From NCBI RefSeq assembly GCF_035594765.1, contig NC_085845.1:83074024-83138023 (forward strand): a DNA stretch of 64,000 bases, read 5' to 3'. Of the stretch, positions 34,757 through 45,705 are shown piece after piece. The position numbers were made by a program, and so were the translations under genes. Below the pieces are notes generated by a model, which was not told the DNA's origin, made no database searches, and saw nothing but the letters and a program-made list of their open reading frames with translations. Position 1 is the first letter of the stretch. Every line of letters starts with the position of its first letter. Source of the DNA: Anolis carolinensis. Taxonomy: Eukaryota.

Positions 34757-37700
34757 ATGCAGAATCTTTTGCATCATATCTTTCTCTTCTGCTCTTTCTG
34801 CTGCCTCTACTACCAAGTGGCTGCACCACTTCATTTCCTGCCACCACCATTGTTAGTAACTTGCTCAAAGCCAGGAAATCGTGTTTATCAACGACAAGAC
34901 AATGAGCTTCGTCTCTCATGTCTGTGGGATGGCCTTATTGTGATGCATTACTCAAGAATGCCAGGAGTAAATTTCGGGGAAGAAGAGTCAGATTTCCAAG
35001 CACCGCCTTATTGTCGCTGGTTCCAAAATTCCGTTCTGGTAAACAGTACAAATCTCTGGTCAGGAAATCTAACACTGGGCACAGGCCTGCCAGGAAACAG
35101 CCCTCATCCGACATGGGCTTATAGTCAGATCACCGTACAATGCACATCAACATTTTGCCCACCTCCCTTGTGCTTTCACCGCAACCTGAGTATTGAGGTT
35201 TCTGGGCAAGATGTCCGTCTCTTCCTGTTCTGGCCACGTACCCGTCCGATTTTGGAATGGCAGCCGGTGCACTTGGGTTGGTGTGCACGTCTTAAGAGTT
35301 CCACATGGATCTACCACTTCAGGAGTCAAGGGGGTAGTCCTGCTGATCTCCTCATTCCCAGTGATCAACATACTGAGCTTCCTCCATTCACTGCATACCT
35401 TAATGCAGAGCTGCAGCAGGTCTGTAGGTCCTATTATAGCTACCACTTGACTGTGCGCTATTCCCACCGTGGGTTCTACACTGCTTCAGTCACCATTGAG
35501 CACGGGCCTCAGGTCAGCGTTAGTACGGATTTCTATGTAGAGCCTGCCTTGCTACATGTTTTTAGTGCAAATTCCAAATTGCTGAGTCATCCACATGGGA
35601 CATTCAGCCTGTCTTGGAGTTTTCTACACCTCAGTCAAGGGATAGTAGCTTATAAACTATTGAATATACATGACACAAGAGGGTGGTCTCATTCCTACAG
35701 TTATAACTCTTTTGCTTTGCATAGTAATTTCTGTGATGTCCATAAACCACAACAATCCAAGGAGAAGGTGGTGGCTACTATCTACTTCCAAACCAATGAA
35801 AGGTCATTTGGAGAGCTGTCAGGAAAACTTGATTTCTCCAATAAGACTCTGATATTTAGTGCAAGCAATGCAGTTCCAAATTACCTCACAATCAACCCAC
35901 AGAAAGTCAAGGTAGGCACATATATTGTTAGCCATACCATAGGGCTTTACTATTCAATGGAAGATGGTGGAACTGCTAATGCCATCCATAAAAATTCCAG
36001 CTCCCACTATATCTTTTACCAGCAAGCAGGCTTTTCCTACCTGGTCGTTGTGGAGTTTGTTCAGCTACAATTGTTCAGGTTCAGTACGCACATATATCTG
36101 AACCGGAAGGGAAGACTCTTCAAGTCTCTAAGAGAAAAAGAGATAGAAATTCATGTTTTCAACAGCAGTTTTCCAGACGAAGGTTTGGCCTATATCGTAT
36201 GGTTTATTCCCGTACAACATCCTCTGCTGCAGTGCAAATGGGTTTTCAACTTGCAACTTTTTGATTCAAAAGACAAGAATGTGGTTGAGAACTATAGTTA
36301 TGCCTATGGAAATCATGTCAGAAATGCAACACAGTTCATTCCTGACTCTGTCTTACCTTTCAATCCTGCTCTGTATACTGGCTTTGTAGCAAAAATGAAG
36401 TGCATTAGCAGTAAATTTGTACTAATGGTTTTGAAAGCTACATTCAACCTTTATGGTTCTAAAGTCATAGAATCCAGATTAGCTTGTCATCAAAACGCTT
36501 GTTCTATTGCAAAAATTAATATTCAGAGGTCTGAGACATCTAAATTCATCCTACATTATGCTCCAGGGACAGAATTTACCCTGGCTACTGATACACAGAT
36601 AAACTGCCCAGGCCCTAAACAAACCGATGTCATCTGGAACATTTATAAAGTCGAAAATAGGGCCAGTACCCCAGACTGGTCAAAACCTTTTAACCCACCT
36701 GGAATTAGAAAAAGAAATGACATGACATTAAACATTCCCAGTTCTAGCTTAGACGATGGCTTGTATGTCTTTAATTTCTCCATGAAATTAAAATCATTAG
36801 ATACATGGGATATTACTAAAAGTTCAGATTCAGTGCTTGTTGAGATTGGGCCAGATAACTTGATGGCTGCCATTGTTGGAGGCAATTTCCGGACAGTTAG
36901 CTTTTCTGACCAGTGGATACTGAATGGATCTATTTTCTCTAATGGTGAAATGATCCAATCCTTTCAAAAAGGACTGTCCTTTATTTGGTATTGCACCAAA
37001 CACAAATCAGACTATGCCTCAATGACTCTAAGTAGAAATGGGAAATGTCATCCAGATCAGGCAGACTTGAAATGGATAACTTCATCTGGCCCAGTTCAAA
37101 CAGTGAGACCTAAAACACTTCAAGGAAACAATACATACTATTTTCTCTTGATGGTTCAGTATGGGAGTAGGACAGCTCATGCTAAACAAGCAGTATATGT
37201 GCGTATTCACTCCCCCTTAATCCTGAATGTTGCATGTATAGAAAACTGTGATAAAGCATTAGTTCCAACAGAAAGATTTTGTCTTTCTGGCAAATGCCTA
37301 AATTGCAGACCTAATCAGTCTTCCTATTACTGGTCACTGTATTCAATACAATACAATGAAATAGATTTTGACTGGTTTTCCAAAACTACAACAGGAAGAT
37401 CCATTCCATATTTACGTATAAATGCATTTGCATTTGAAACTATGACAGAGCATTCATATATTCTTACCTTGAAAGTCTCAACAACAGAAGGACAAACAGC
37501 CATCTATAAATATTCTTTTTATGTCAATGGACCACCTCGATTAGGAAAATGTGTCCTTAACCCAAACATTGGTATAGCATTCCTAACCAAATTTATTATT
37601 CAGTGCAGCGGGTTTGAAGACAAAAATGAACCCCTTACATATAAAGTAATAGCAGCATACAATCAAATTGAAACTAGTACTATATCATCAATAGAGAATA

Positions 37701-40700
37701 ATACTTTGGGAATAATAATATATTCAGGCCATGACTATAAAACCCCTCGATCTTTCCTCCCAAACGGTGTGCCATCTCAGAACTCTGCCTTGGTTATATA
37801 CATTCAAGTATATGATGCTCTTGGAGCAAGTTCTCAAGTAACTTTACAAGCAACTGTTCATGATGAAAAGAAAAGTAAGTCACTGGATATTATTCATCAC
37901 AAATTACATTCCTTAATTAATGGGCAAAGTGCTCCTATGACAACTTTTCGGATAACTAAAGATTATTTTGATATAGGTTACTTCGTTTATATGGTAGCCT
38001 CAGTTTTAAATAATGTTGAGACTTCATTTGCTAGACAGGATTCTACATCTGATTTGAGGCAAATCCTCCTTAACATGAGTGCAGAAATACCAGCAAATAC
38101 TGCAGAGGAAATAAACCAGGTTATTTTAAGTATTTGCCAGGTAACACATAAAACCATGGAAATAAATGAAGAATCACAACTGATTGCAATCAAGAAACTG
38201 AAGGAAGCCAGTAAAGCTCTAATAAGGCTCAGGGACAAAGACTTCAGTTCGAAGGAAACAGATATCCTTAGCAGTGGTATTCTTATTGGGTTGTCCAATG
38301 TGTTGAAAGCTTCTCTCTCGGACTACAAAAAGGTCAATATCAATGTAATTAAAGAAACTATTTCTGTGATGGAAATATTAGCAGACTTAGTCTTACAAGA
38401 TAAAGTCCCTGGAGAAAATGAAACTATAATGAAAACAGAAAACTGGAGGATTCATTTACAAAAATACATGAAGGGAGACCTTTCTGGAAATGTCTCCAAT
38501 AGAAAATATTGCAGGAATTGCTTTTATCCCAAACTGAAGGAGGGTCGTCATGCTGAATTAAATGTAGATGCTGTGGTTACCACCGTTTTTTATGTATTTG
38601 AGATAAATCCTTTCCCTTGGTTGCTTTTTACAGAAGATATTGGAACAATAGTAACCGGATTCAAAATGACAGGTACCCAAACTAATGGTGACGTAATTAG
38701 CATCACGCCTGATTTAGTTGAAATTATTATGGCCAGAAAAGATGAGGTCATCTTTGACTTGACTATAGGTCCGGACAAAATGCTTTCTAAAACAACTGGA
38801 GGCTTTAGTTTTGAAACAAAGAGAAGTACCAAAGATATTTTCATCCAGATTGTTTCTAAAAGGAATATCACTTTCCAGGTATTTATTTACCCAGGTCACA
38901 ACATCAGCCGCCCTCCCTTGGCTACATTTACTGTTTCCCATCACAGTCCCCCAACACCTATTGAAAATGACACTACTATTCCTGAATGTGCAGTTGTGGC
39001 TCCCTATATCCTTTGTCTTCCGCAATCATTGCTCTGGTCTCCAGTCTATAGCAACAGAGGAGACAAAGTGAGCATCTCTATTGTCTTACAATCGCACCCA
39101 TTTGTGAGAGAACAGACTACAAAGATTGTCCGCATTGCTGTTTTTGCTGCAGAATGCCTTGATCTGGATGGGATCGAGAAGCAATGGAAAGAAGGAACGT
39201 GCAGCCTTGGCCCTGAAACAAGCTGGTCCAAAATACATTGCATTTGCAAAGCCAAAGAACTCAGCACAATTACAGGTAGTCCCAGGACAGCAGGGAACTC
39301 TGAAACTGGCCTCCGATTTTTGGCCAGCAAGGTATTTTCATTCCCAAATCATAAGGATATGAAAGGGTCCATTTTAATAGATGATGTGCATTATCCCATA
39401 GCAGAATTAACATTATTTATCATTTTTATACTCTACACATTGATGGCTATCTGGGTCTTAACAAAAGATAAAGTAGGTAGGGAAGATGAAATTATAGATC
39501 TGCCAGATAATGATCCATTTGACAAGATAAAGTACCTAATCACAATATATACAGGAAGTCGTCCAAGATCAGGCACAAGAGCTAGTGTTTTTATTGAGCT
39601 GATTGGCCAAAATGGAGCCAGTGATGTGCACCAATTAAAACATCCACATTTTCCATGTACCCTCCACCGAGGATCTATAGACACTTTTCTTTTAACTACG
39701 AAGATCAACTTAGGAGACATTACTTCTCTTCATATCTGGCATGATAATTGCAGCTTTGGTCCTAGTTGGTACCTAAGCCGAATCAAAGTTCAAAACCTAG
39801 AGACTGAACAGTCATGGCTGTTTTGGTGTAGAAAATGGTTATCTCTTCACATAAGTGATTGCCAAATTGAAAGGACATTTGCTGTTACAAACCCAAAAAC
39901 ACCCATAAGCAAAATTGATTGCTTTTTAATAACGGTTAGCAATGACGTGAGAGGAAACCACCTATGGCTGACTGTCTTCACTTATAATAGAATCCATGGC
40001 TCTTTGAGCCGATTCCAAAGGTTGTCCTGTTGCTTGGCAATATTGCTGAGCTCCTTGATGTTTAACTCTTTGATCTTTGCTAGTGAGAAAGATCAATTTA
40101 TCTTTTCAAAACTGTCATACCTGAGATCTATAAGAACTGGAATAGCAGGTGCTTTAATTTCCATCCCTGTGCAGTTAATTTTGACCACCTTGTTTAAGCA
40201 CTCAGAAAAGAGGCCATCACCACATAGCCCAGCCCAAAGTCAGCAAAAAAAGAGACCCTCCCCAGTAACTGAAAGTCTTTGCACTGAGGACAATATAGGA
40301 GATGCTCCACTTGCGGAGGTGACATCTCAGCCATTCCCTCCCTTCAATGCCAATGTCAATAACAATTATCATATAGAAACCGTAATACATCGTAAGAAAA
40401 CAGAGAACCCACAGCTTAATCGCTGTTCTGAACTCACGGCTTGGTCCTTGGTGTTTTGTATCCCTGGGGTGTCAGCGTTTTTCATCATAGTGCACGGCCT
40501 GTCTTTTGGCTACATAACATCCTTGGAATGGTTGCTAGCTTCCATGGCATCATTTTGTGTACATATGTTTCTGTTTGAGACCTTAAAGATAGTTGTAATT
40601 TCAGCTTGGAGTGCTGGTTCTGCAAAATACTGTCGAGACATCTCATGGCCAAGCTACCAAGCCATTCAGTTTAAAAGTAGATCTCAGACTGCCAGTGAGA

Positions 40701-42427
40701 TGAAATTCCAGCATCATGAGCTGACTGTGCTTAGAGCTTCCGAACAATACCAACCCTTAAAAAAGGAAGTTGTTAGAAAATTGCGCAGAATACAGAGGAT
40801 TAAACATCTGTCTTATGCTTATGTGAGGAATATGTTCTGCCATCTTTTTTTCTTTGCTTTAATATTAACTGTTGCACACCCTGCAGAAATCACAAGTTTA
40901 TATTATTCCAATCAATATATGACAGAGAAATTATCTGTTGATCTATCTAAAGTAATTACAATAGAGGATGTTTACACATGGGTGAAAAATGTCTTTCTGC
41001 CATTGATACACAATGACGATGAACCAACTTATCTTTCAGGCACTTGGTACAAAATTCTTGGATTGCCCAGAATGAGACAAATCAGAAGTAAAAGTTCTCC
41101 GACAAAATGTTCCTTTCCATATGGTTTGACAAATACATTAAGTATGAATGATATTCATTGTCGAAAGAAATATGGAATTGATCCTGAAGATCAAGCTGAC
41201 TATCTTGGATCATGGTCAATACCGGCCAAGAGGGCAATTCCTATTGACAGCCCTGGTTTTTTAGGTTTCATTTATGAACATCCTGCTTATGGGTGGAAGT
41301 ATGACTCAGATGGGAAATTCAACAGCTATTCAGCCAGAGGATATAGCTTTTATTTTTTTCCAGGGGAGCCACAAGATAATTCAACAACGAGATTAGAAAC
41401 TTTGGAAAGAAACAAGTGGCTTGATGATAAGACATGGGCACTGATTATTGAACTGACCACCTTTAACCCAGATACAGATCTATACTGCTGTATTTCGGTC
41501 ATATTTGAGTTTTCTTACATTGGCCCTATTGTCTCTAAGGTGTCTGTTAAATCTTGCCATCTCCCTATTCTCACTGACCAATCCACCAGTGAGATTTTCT
41601 TTTTGCTAGCCACTGTATATATGCTCATAACATATATTTCTGATGAATGCTGGATGATATATAAAGATAGGCTGAAATATATAAAATCAGCTACCAACTT
41701 AATCAATCTTGGAATGAAGACATTTTGTATTATTTATATAATATGCCTTGTATACAAATTTCATCTTGCTGTGGAATTAGTGCATTTTTATCTTCTTAAT
41801 CCATATCAGTTCATTCCTTTCCATGCAGCTTCCCAGTTTGATGAAGCAGTCAGGATAGTTATGGCATTTTTGCTTTTTCTCTTAGTTTTGAAAATGTTCC
41901 GCTATTTCAGATTCTTGTATGGTGTACGCCTGGCCCAGAAATCCTTACATGAAGCTTTGCCTAAAATGATTAATCTGTCTTTTGCAGGGGGCATATTCTT
42001 TTTTGGGTTTATGTCACTTGGGTATCTAGCATTTGGACAACATGAAGTAACATTTCGAACTCTATTAGATTCTTTTACCACTGTATTGTCTTACTGTGCC
42101 TTGGCATTTAGGGACACTGAATTTTCATCTGATAAGCTTCTAGGTGGTCTTTTCTTAGGTTGTTTTCAGTTTGTGATGATTTGTGTTTTTGTCAATTTAA
42201 GTGAAGCTATTATAATCTCTGCTCATGTGGACATGAAAGAAGCTGTTTATGAACTACCATCAAATGAAGCTGAAGTGATAAACTACCTAGTCCAGAAAAT
42301 CTACAGGTTCTGTTTTTTTCTTACCACTGGTAGAAAAACTTCAAAAGAAACTACGTTCTTAAATCGGATACTGTATGGAAAAACTGAAAAACATAATAAG
42401 CGACAGACTAATAGGCAGTGTATGTAG
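34757..42427 (+). CDS. PKDREJ: PKDREJ-like polycystin-1-family protein, copy B (2556 aa, single exon)
   Basis: Colinear with copy A over its full length (signal peptide, REJ, GPS-like, PLAT, TOP, channel). The C-terminal tail is altered. AATAAA at 42467. Confidence 0.92.
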   Translation: MQNLLHHIFLFCSFCCLYYQVAAPLHFLPPPLLVTCSKPGNRVYQRQDNELRLSCLWDGLIVMHYSRMPGVNFGEEESDFQAPPYCRWFQNSVLVNSTNLWSGNLTLGTGLPGNSPHPTWAYSQITVQCTSTFCPPPLCFHRNLSIEVSGQDVRLFLFWPRTRPILEWQPVHLGWCARLKSSTWIYHFRSQGGSPADLLIPSDQHTELPPFTAYLNAELQQVCRSYYSYHLTVRYSHRGFYTASVTIEHGPQVSVSTDFYVEPALLHVFSANSKLLSHPHGTFSLSWSFLHLSQGIVAYKLLNIHDTRGWSHSYSYNSFALHSNFCDVHKPQQSKEKVVATIYFQTNERSFGELSGKLDFSNKTLIFSASNAVPNYLTINPQKVKVGTYIVSHTIGLYYSMEDGGTANAIHKNSSSHYIFYQQAGFSYLVVVEFVQLQLFRFSTHIYLNRKGRLFKSLREKEIEIHVFNSSFPDEGLAYIVWFIPVQHPLLQCKWVFNLQLFDSKDKNVVENYSYAYGNHVRNATQFIPDSVLPFNPALYTGFVAKMKCISSKFVLMVLKATFNLYGSKVIESRLACHQNACSIAKINIQRSETSKFILHYAPGTEFTLATDTQINCPGPKQTDVIWNIYKVENRASTPDWSKPFNPPGIRKRNDMTLNIPSSSLDDGLYVFNFSMKLKSLDTWDITKSSDSVLVEIGPDNLMAAIVGGNFRTVSFSDQWILNGSIFSNGEMIQSFQKGLSFIWYCTKHKSDYASMTLSRNGKCHPDQADLKWITSSGPVQTVRPKTLQGNNTYYFLLMVQYGSRTAHAKQAVYVRIHSPLILNVACIENCDKALVPTERFCLSGKCLNCRPNQSSYYWSLYSIQYNEIDFDWFSKTTTGRSIPYLRINAFAFETMTEHSYILTLKVSTTEGQTAIYKYSFYVNGPPRLGKCVLNPNIGIAFLTKFIIQCSGFEDKNEPLTYKVIAAYNQIETSTISSIENNTLGIIIYSGHDYKTPRSFLPNGVPSQNSALVIYIQVYDALGASSQVTLQATVHDEKKSKSLDIIHHKLHSLINGQSAPMTTFRITKDYFDIGYFVYMVASVLNNVETSFARQDSTSDLRQILLNMSAEIPANTAEEINQVILSICQVTHKTMEINEESQLIAIKKLKEASKALIRLRDKDFSSKETDILSSGILIGLSNVLKASLSDYKKVNINVIKETISVMEILADLVLQDKVPGENETIMKTENWRIHLQKYMKGDLSGNVSNRKYCRNCFYPKLKEGRHAELNVDAVVTTVFYVFEINPFPWLLFTEDIGTIVTGFKMTGTQTNGDVISITPDLVEIIMARKDEVIFDLTIGPDKMLSKTTGGFSFETKRSTKDIFIQIVSKRNITFQVFIYPGHNISRPPLATFTVSHHSPPTPIENDTTIPECAVVAPYILCLPQSLLWSPVYSNRGDKVSISIVLQSHPFVREQTTKIVRIAVFAAECLDLDGIEKQWKEGTCSLGPETSWSKIHCICKAKELSTITGSPRTAGNSETGLRFLASKVFSFPNHKDMKGSILIDDVHYPIAELTLFIIFILYTLMAIWVLTKDKVGREDEIIDLPDNDPFDKIKYLITIYTGSRPRSGTRASVFIELIGQNGASDVHQLKHPHFPCTLHRGSIDTFLLTTKINLGDITSLHIWHDNCSFGPSWYLSRIKVQNLETEQSWLFWCRKWLSLHISDCQIERTFAVTNPKTPISKIDCFLITVSNDVRGNHLWLTVFTYNRIHGSLSRFQRLSCCLAILLSSLMFNSLIFASEKDQFIFSKLSYLRSIRTGIAGALISIPVQLILTTLFKHSEKRPSPHSPAQSQQKKRPSPVTESLCTEDNIGDAPLAEVTSQPFPPFNANVNNNYHIETVIHRKKTENPQLNRCSELTAWSLVFCIPGVSAFFIIVHGLSFGYITSLEWLLASMASFCVHMFLFETLKIVVISAWSAGSAKYCRDISWPSYQAIQFKSRSQTASEMKFQHHELTVLRASEQYQPLKKEVVRKLRRIQRIKHLSYAYVRNMFCHLFFFALILTVAHPAEITSLYYSNQYMTEKLSVDLSKVITIEDVYTWVKNVFLPLIHNDDEPTYLSGTWYKILGLPRMRQIRSKSSPTKCSFPYGLTNTLSMNDIHCRKKYGIDPEDQADYLGSWSIPAKRAIPIDSPGFLGFIYEHPAYGWKYDSDGKFNSYSARGYSFYFFPGEPQDNSTTRLETLERNKWLDDKTWALIIELTTFNPDTDLYCCISVIFEFSYIGPIVSKVSVKSCHLPILTDQSTSEIFFLLATVYMLITYISDECWMIYKDRLKYIKSATNLINLGMKTFCIIYIICLVYKFHLAVELVHFYLLNPYQFIPFHAASQFDEAVRIVMAFLLFLLVLKMFRYFRFLYGVRLAQKSLHEALPKMINLSFAGGIFFFGFMSLGYLAFGQHEVTFRTLLDSFTTVLSYCALAFRDTEFSSDKLLGGLFLGCFQFVMICVFVNLSEAIIISAHVDMKEAVYELPSNEAEVINYLVQKIYRFCFFLTTGRKTSKETTFLNRILYGKTEKHNKRQTNRQCM

Positions 42428-42659
42428 CGATACAAAGGCTTATCTTTATGTTTGATGAATGTGTAAAATAAATTAATTTTTGTAATAGTTTCTCCATGTT
42501 GTTGGCATTCAATGATTTTAAAATGCACACATACACCATGTGGTCAGGTTTCTTTGGTTGTAGCCTGTCTTCCCTTGCTTCCACACAGGTTGTTCCATGG
42601 GATAACTTTCTTTTACCTGCATGGTTACTGAATTAAATATTTGATTAATTAAATGTGGA

Positions 42660-43762
42660 TGTTGGTGTCATCTGTATGCAGATGATGTACAACTCTGTTA
42701 CTCCTTTCCACTTGCTGCTAAGGAGGCTGTTCAGGTCCTGAGCCAGTGCTTGGCAACTGAGACAATCTGGATGAGGGAGAAGAAATTGATCCCAGACAAG
42801 GCAGAGGTCTTCCTGCTTAGTTGGAAGGCCGAGCAGGGTATAGGGTTACAGCCTGTACTGAATGGGGTTACACTCCCCCTGAAGACACAGGTTCGCAGCT
42901 TGGGAGTGATCCTGGACTCATCACTAAGACTGGAACCCTAGGTCTCAGTGGTGGTCAGAGGAGCTTTTGCACAATTAAAACTTGTGTGCCATTTGTGCCT
43001 GTACCTTGGGAAGTCAGACGTGGTCACAACAGTCCATGCTCGTGTTACGTCCTGAATAGATTATTGCAACGCGCTCTACGTGGGGTTGCCTTTGAAGACT
43101 GTTCGAAAGCTTCAAGTAGTCCAATGGGCAGCAGGCAGATTTCTAACTGAAGCTACATATAGGGAGTATATAACCCCCCTGTTACGTCAGCTCCATTAGC
43201 TGCTAGTCTGCTACCGAGTACAATTCAAAGTGTTGGCTTTAGTCTATAAAGCCCTAAACAGTTCCAGCCCAGCTTACCTATCCGAACGTATTTCCCTCTA
43301 TGAACCACCCCGGAAGCTCAGATCTTCGGGGGAGGCCCTGTTCTCAGTCCCACCTCCTTCGCAGGTGTGGTTGGTGGAGATGAGAGACAGAGCCTTCTCA
43401 GTGGTGGCCCCTCGGCTGTTGAACTCCCTCTCTAGTGAAATCAAATCAACCCCTCCCTCCTGACCTTCAGGAAAAAAAACTAGAAACGTGGATGTGGGAC
43501 CAAATTTTTGGATAGAAAATTTTCAGTGCAATAAGTGAATATGGAATAGTGCAATGACAACTGGAACATCCTCGGACTATGATATTGGATTGCGTGGTTT
43601 TAATAATTGGTTTTAATGTTTGAGATGTTTTAATGTATATGTTTGTTTGCTGAATGTATGTTTGTATGGCATCAAATTGTTGCCTATATGTATATATGTG
43701 AGCCGCCCTGAGTCCCCTTTGGGGTGAGAAAGGTGGGGGTAAATAAATAAATAAATAATAAA
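42660..43762 (+). mobile_element. L2-clade LINE 3' portion
   Basis: YADD, LIPDKAEV, SLGVILDS and RDRAFSVVAPRL motifs, then a (TAAA)n tail. Confidence 0.85.
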
Positions 43763-45597
43763 CACTGATAGGTGCATGTGCAGCAATAATGCAGGTTAAA
43801 AAAAAAAACCTGGGCCCACCCAGCTTCCAGGGCACCATGTGTTCTTAGTCAGCCAGGAATAACCACAGTCCTTGGGATGCTGTGGTTCTAAGCACTCCAG
43901 GGTAGAAGCCCTTCAGGGAAGCTTCTCAGGCATGCTTCCTGTTGTGCTACCTCCTGACAATTTTAATGTAAACTGTCATTTTGAACCCCAGAAATTGTGT
44001 ACTATAGCATCACGTGATCTACAAACCGTAATGCTCCCTTAAGATATGATTATTCTCCTATGATTTAAAGATGGGTATACAGCAGACATGGGGAATATAC
44101 TGTGCTTCTGAAGACACACCAGTTGTTTAGGAAATGTTGCATAAGGAAAGTAGATTGCTAACTACAGCATTGAAAAACAGTGTGTCTTTATTACACATTA
44201 AAACTATTTGTTTCAGAATATACTATCTTATATTCAGTTGAATGGCATTAAAGAGAATACGGCTTTATCTTCTCTGTCCTTGTTTGCCAAGTTGTTTACA
44301 ATCTCCAGATGTAAGCTGTTTGCTCAGAGTTCGCTTTTTATGTATTTATTTATTTAGTTACTTAATTTTTATCCCACCTTTCTTTGACCTGGGTTGCTTG
44401 AGACACAATAGGGTATTTTGTAGGGGTGTGTGAAATGGCAGAAATTTGTCCTATTTTTGTTGTGTTGTTCTGTTTGCAGTGCGCCCCCCCCCCCCCAATT
44501 CTGTTTTTGAGAAGATTACTAGAGATTAGGAGGGGGCCATTCGGATTCATAATTTGGGGTCCGGAGTTCCGTTTCTATTTTGGGAAGAATCTTCCAAAAA
44601 ACAGAATCGGGGGGGGGGGGATTCAAAACGAAAACAAAATAGGTTTCACCCTAATATTTTCTAAGATTTACTTATATTTATGAAAATATAGGTTGATCCT
44701 ATGTAGAAGTTCACAGCATTAACATTACGGCAAATACTACAACTGTTCCAGAGTTCCACTGACCTTGGTTTTAACATTTCTCAGTTTGTCTGTGGCAATG
44801 AAAAAGGCAGGTTCATTTTTGTGGACACTCAACCAGCAAAGAGTGAGAAATCTAGCTAAGCCATCTCGTCTCCTTTCTGCCATTCAGAAAAGTAACAACT
44901 GACCGGATGTATTAACACCATTTAATAAAGATAATAATAATGGCTTGGGCAGATTAAGCCTCTCATTTCCATATCTGCATAAAAGACATGGAATAGGCTA
45001 AATATGTCCTGTAGGTTTGACCCATATGTTCTTCTCACAATCAAAGAAATCACAAGCCAAATTTAAATTTCATTACAATTTATTGACCCATTTATGTAAA
45101 TGATTTTAAAATGCCAATATAATTGGTTCTTTTCTATTTATTCTTAATACGAAAATTAAAACAAACCATAATTCAGCACAATTTTGATGTAATTTTAGAC
45201 ATTCAGAGATGAAATGTGACCCTTTATAATCAAGTATGGGCAAACTTCGGCCTGGTAGGCTGTTAGGAAATGTGGGAGTTGAAGTTCAAAACACCTGGAG
45301 GGCCGAAGTTTGCCCATACTTGCATCATAATATAATGAGGAAGAGGCCATAGTTCTGTGTCAGAGCCAATATTTACATACAGAACATTCTTGATACGTAA
45401 CTCTGGTGCCTCAAGGAAAACTCTTAGAGGAAGGAACCACTACTCATTCAGATATTACTGGACTCCAAATTCAGTCCATCTGGAGATGCTACAGGGTCCC
45501 CAACTCTGTATCAAAGAACATCTGTTTCTTCGTATATCATGTTTCAATAATGTCAAGGGATCTTTTCTTTTCAGCAGATAGGAAGGTTTGGACACTG

Positions 45598-45628
45598 GTT
45601 GCCCAGTGACATGCAAAGTTCTAGAATT
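45598..45628 (+). promoter_or_regulatory. Putative proximal promoter module of PKDREJ-like C
   Basis: X-box-like GTTGCCCAGTGAC at 45598-45610 followed by AAAGTTCTAGAATT, the same layout as copy A. Confidence 0.5.
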
Positions 45629-45705
45629 CCCACAGTCATTCACTTTATGGCAGTTGAAGGACAGCATTCTCTCCTAATCCAAGCAAGCTGTCTTCTTACT
45701 TCAAG

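Noticed and set aside
42413-42427. Copy B ending in ...RQCM as a possible prenylation (CaaX) signal
   Set aside because: The cysteine is the second-to-last residue, not fourth from the end, so it does not fit CaaX.
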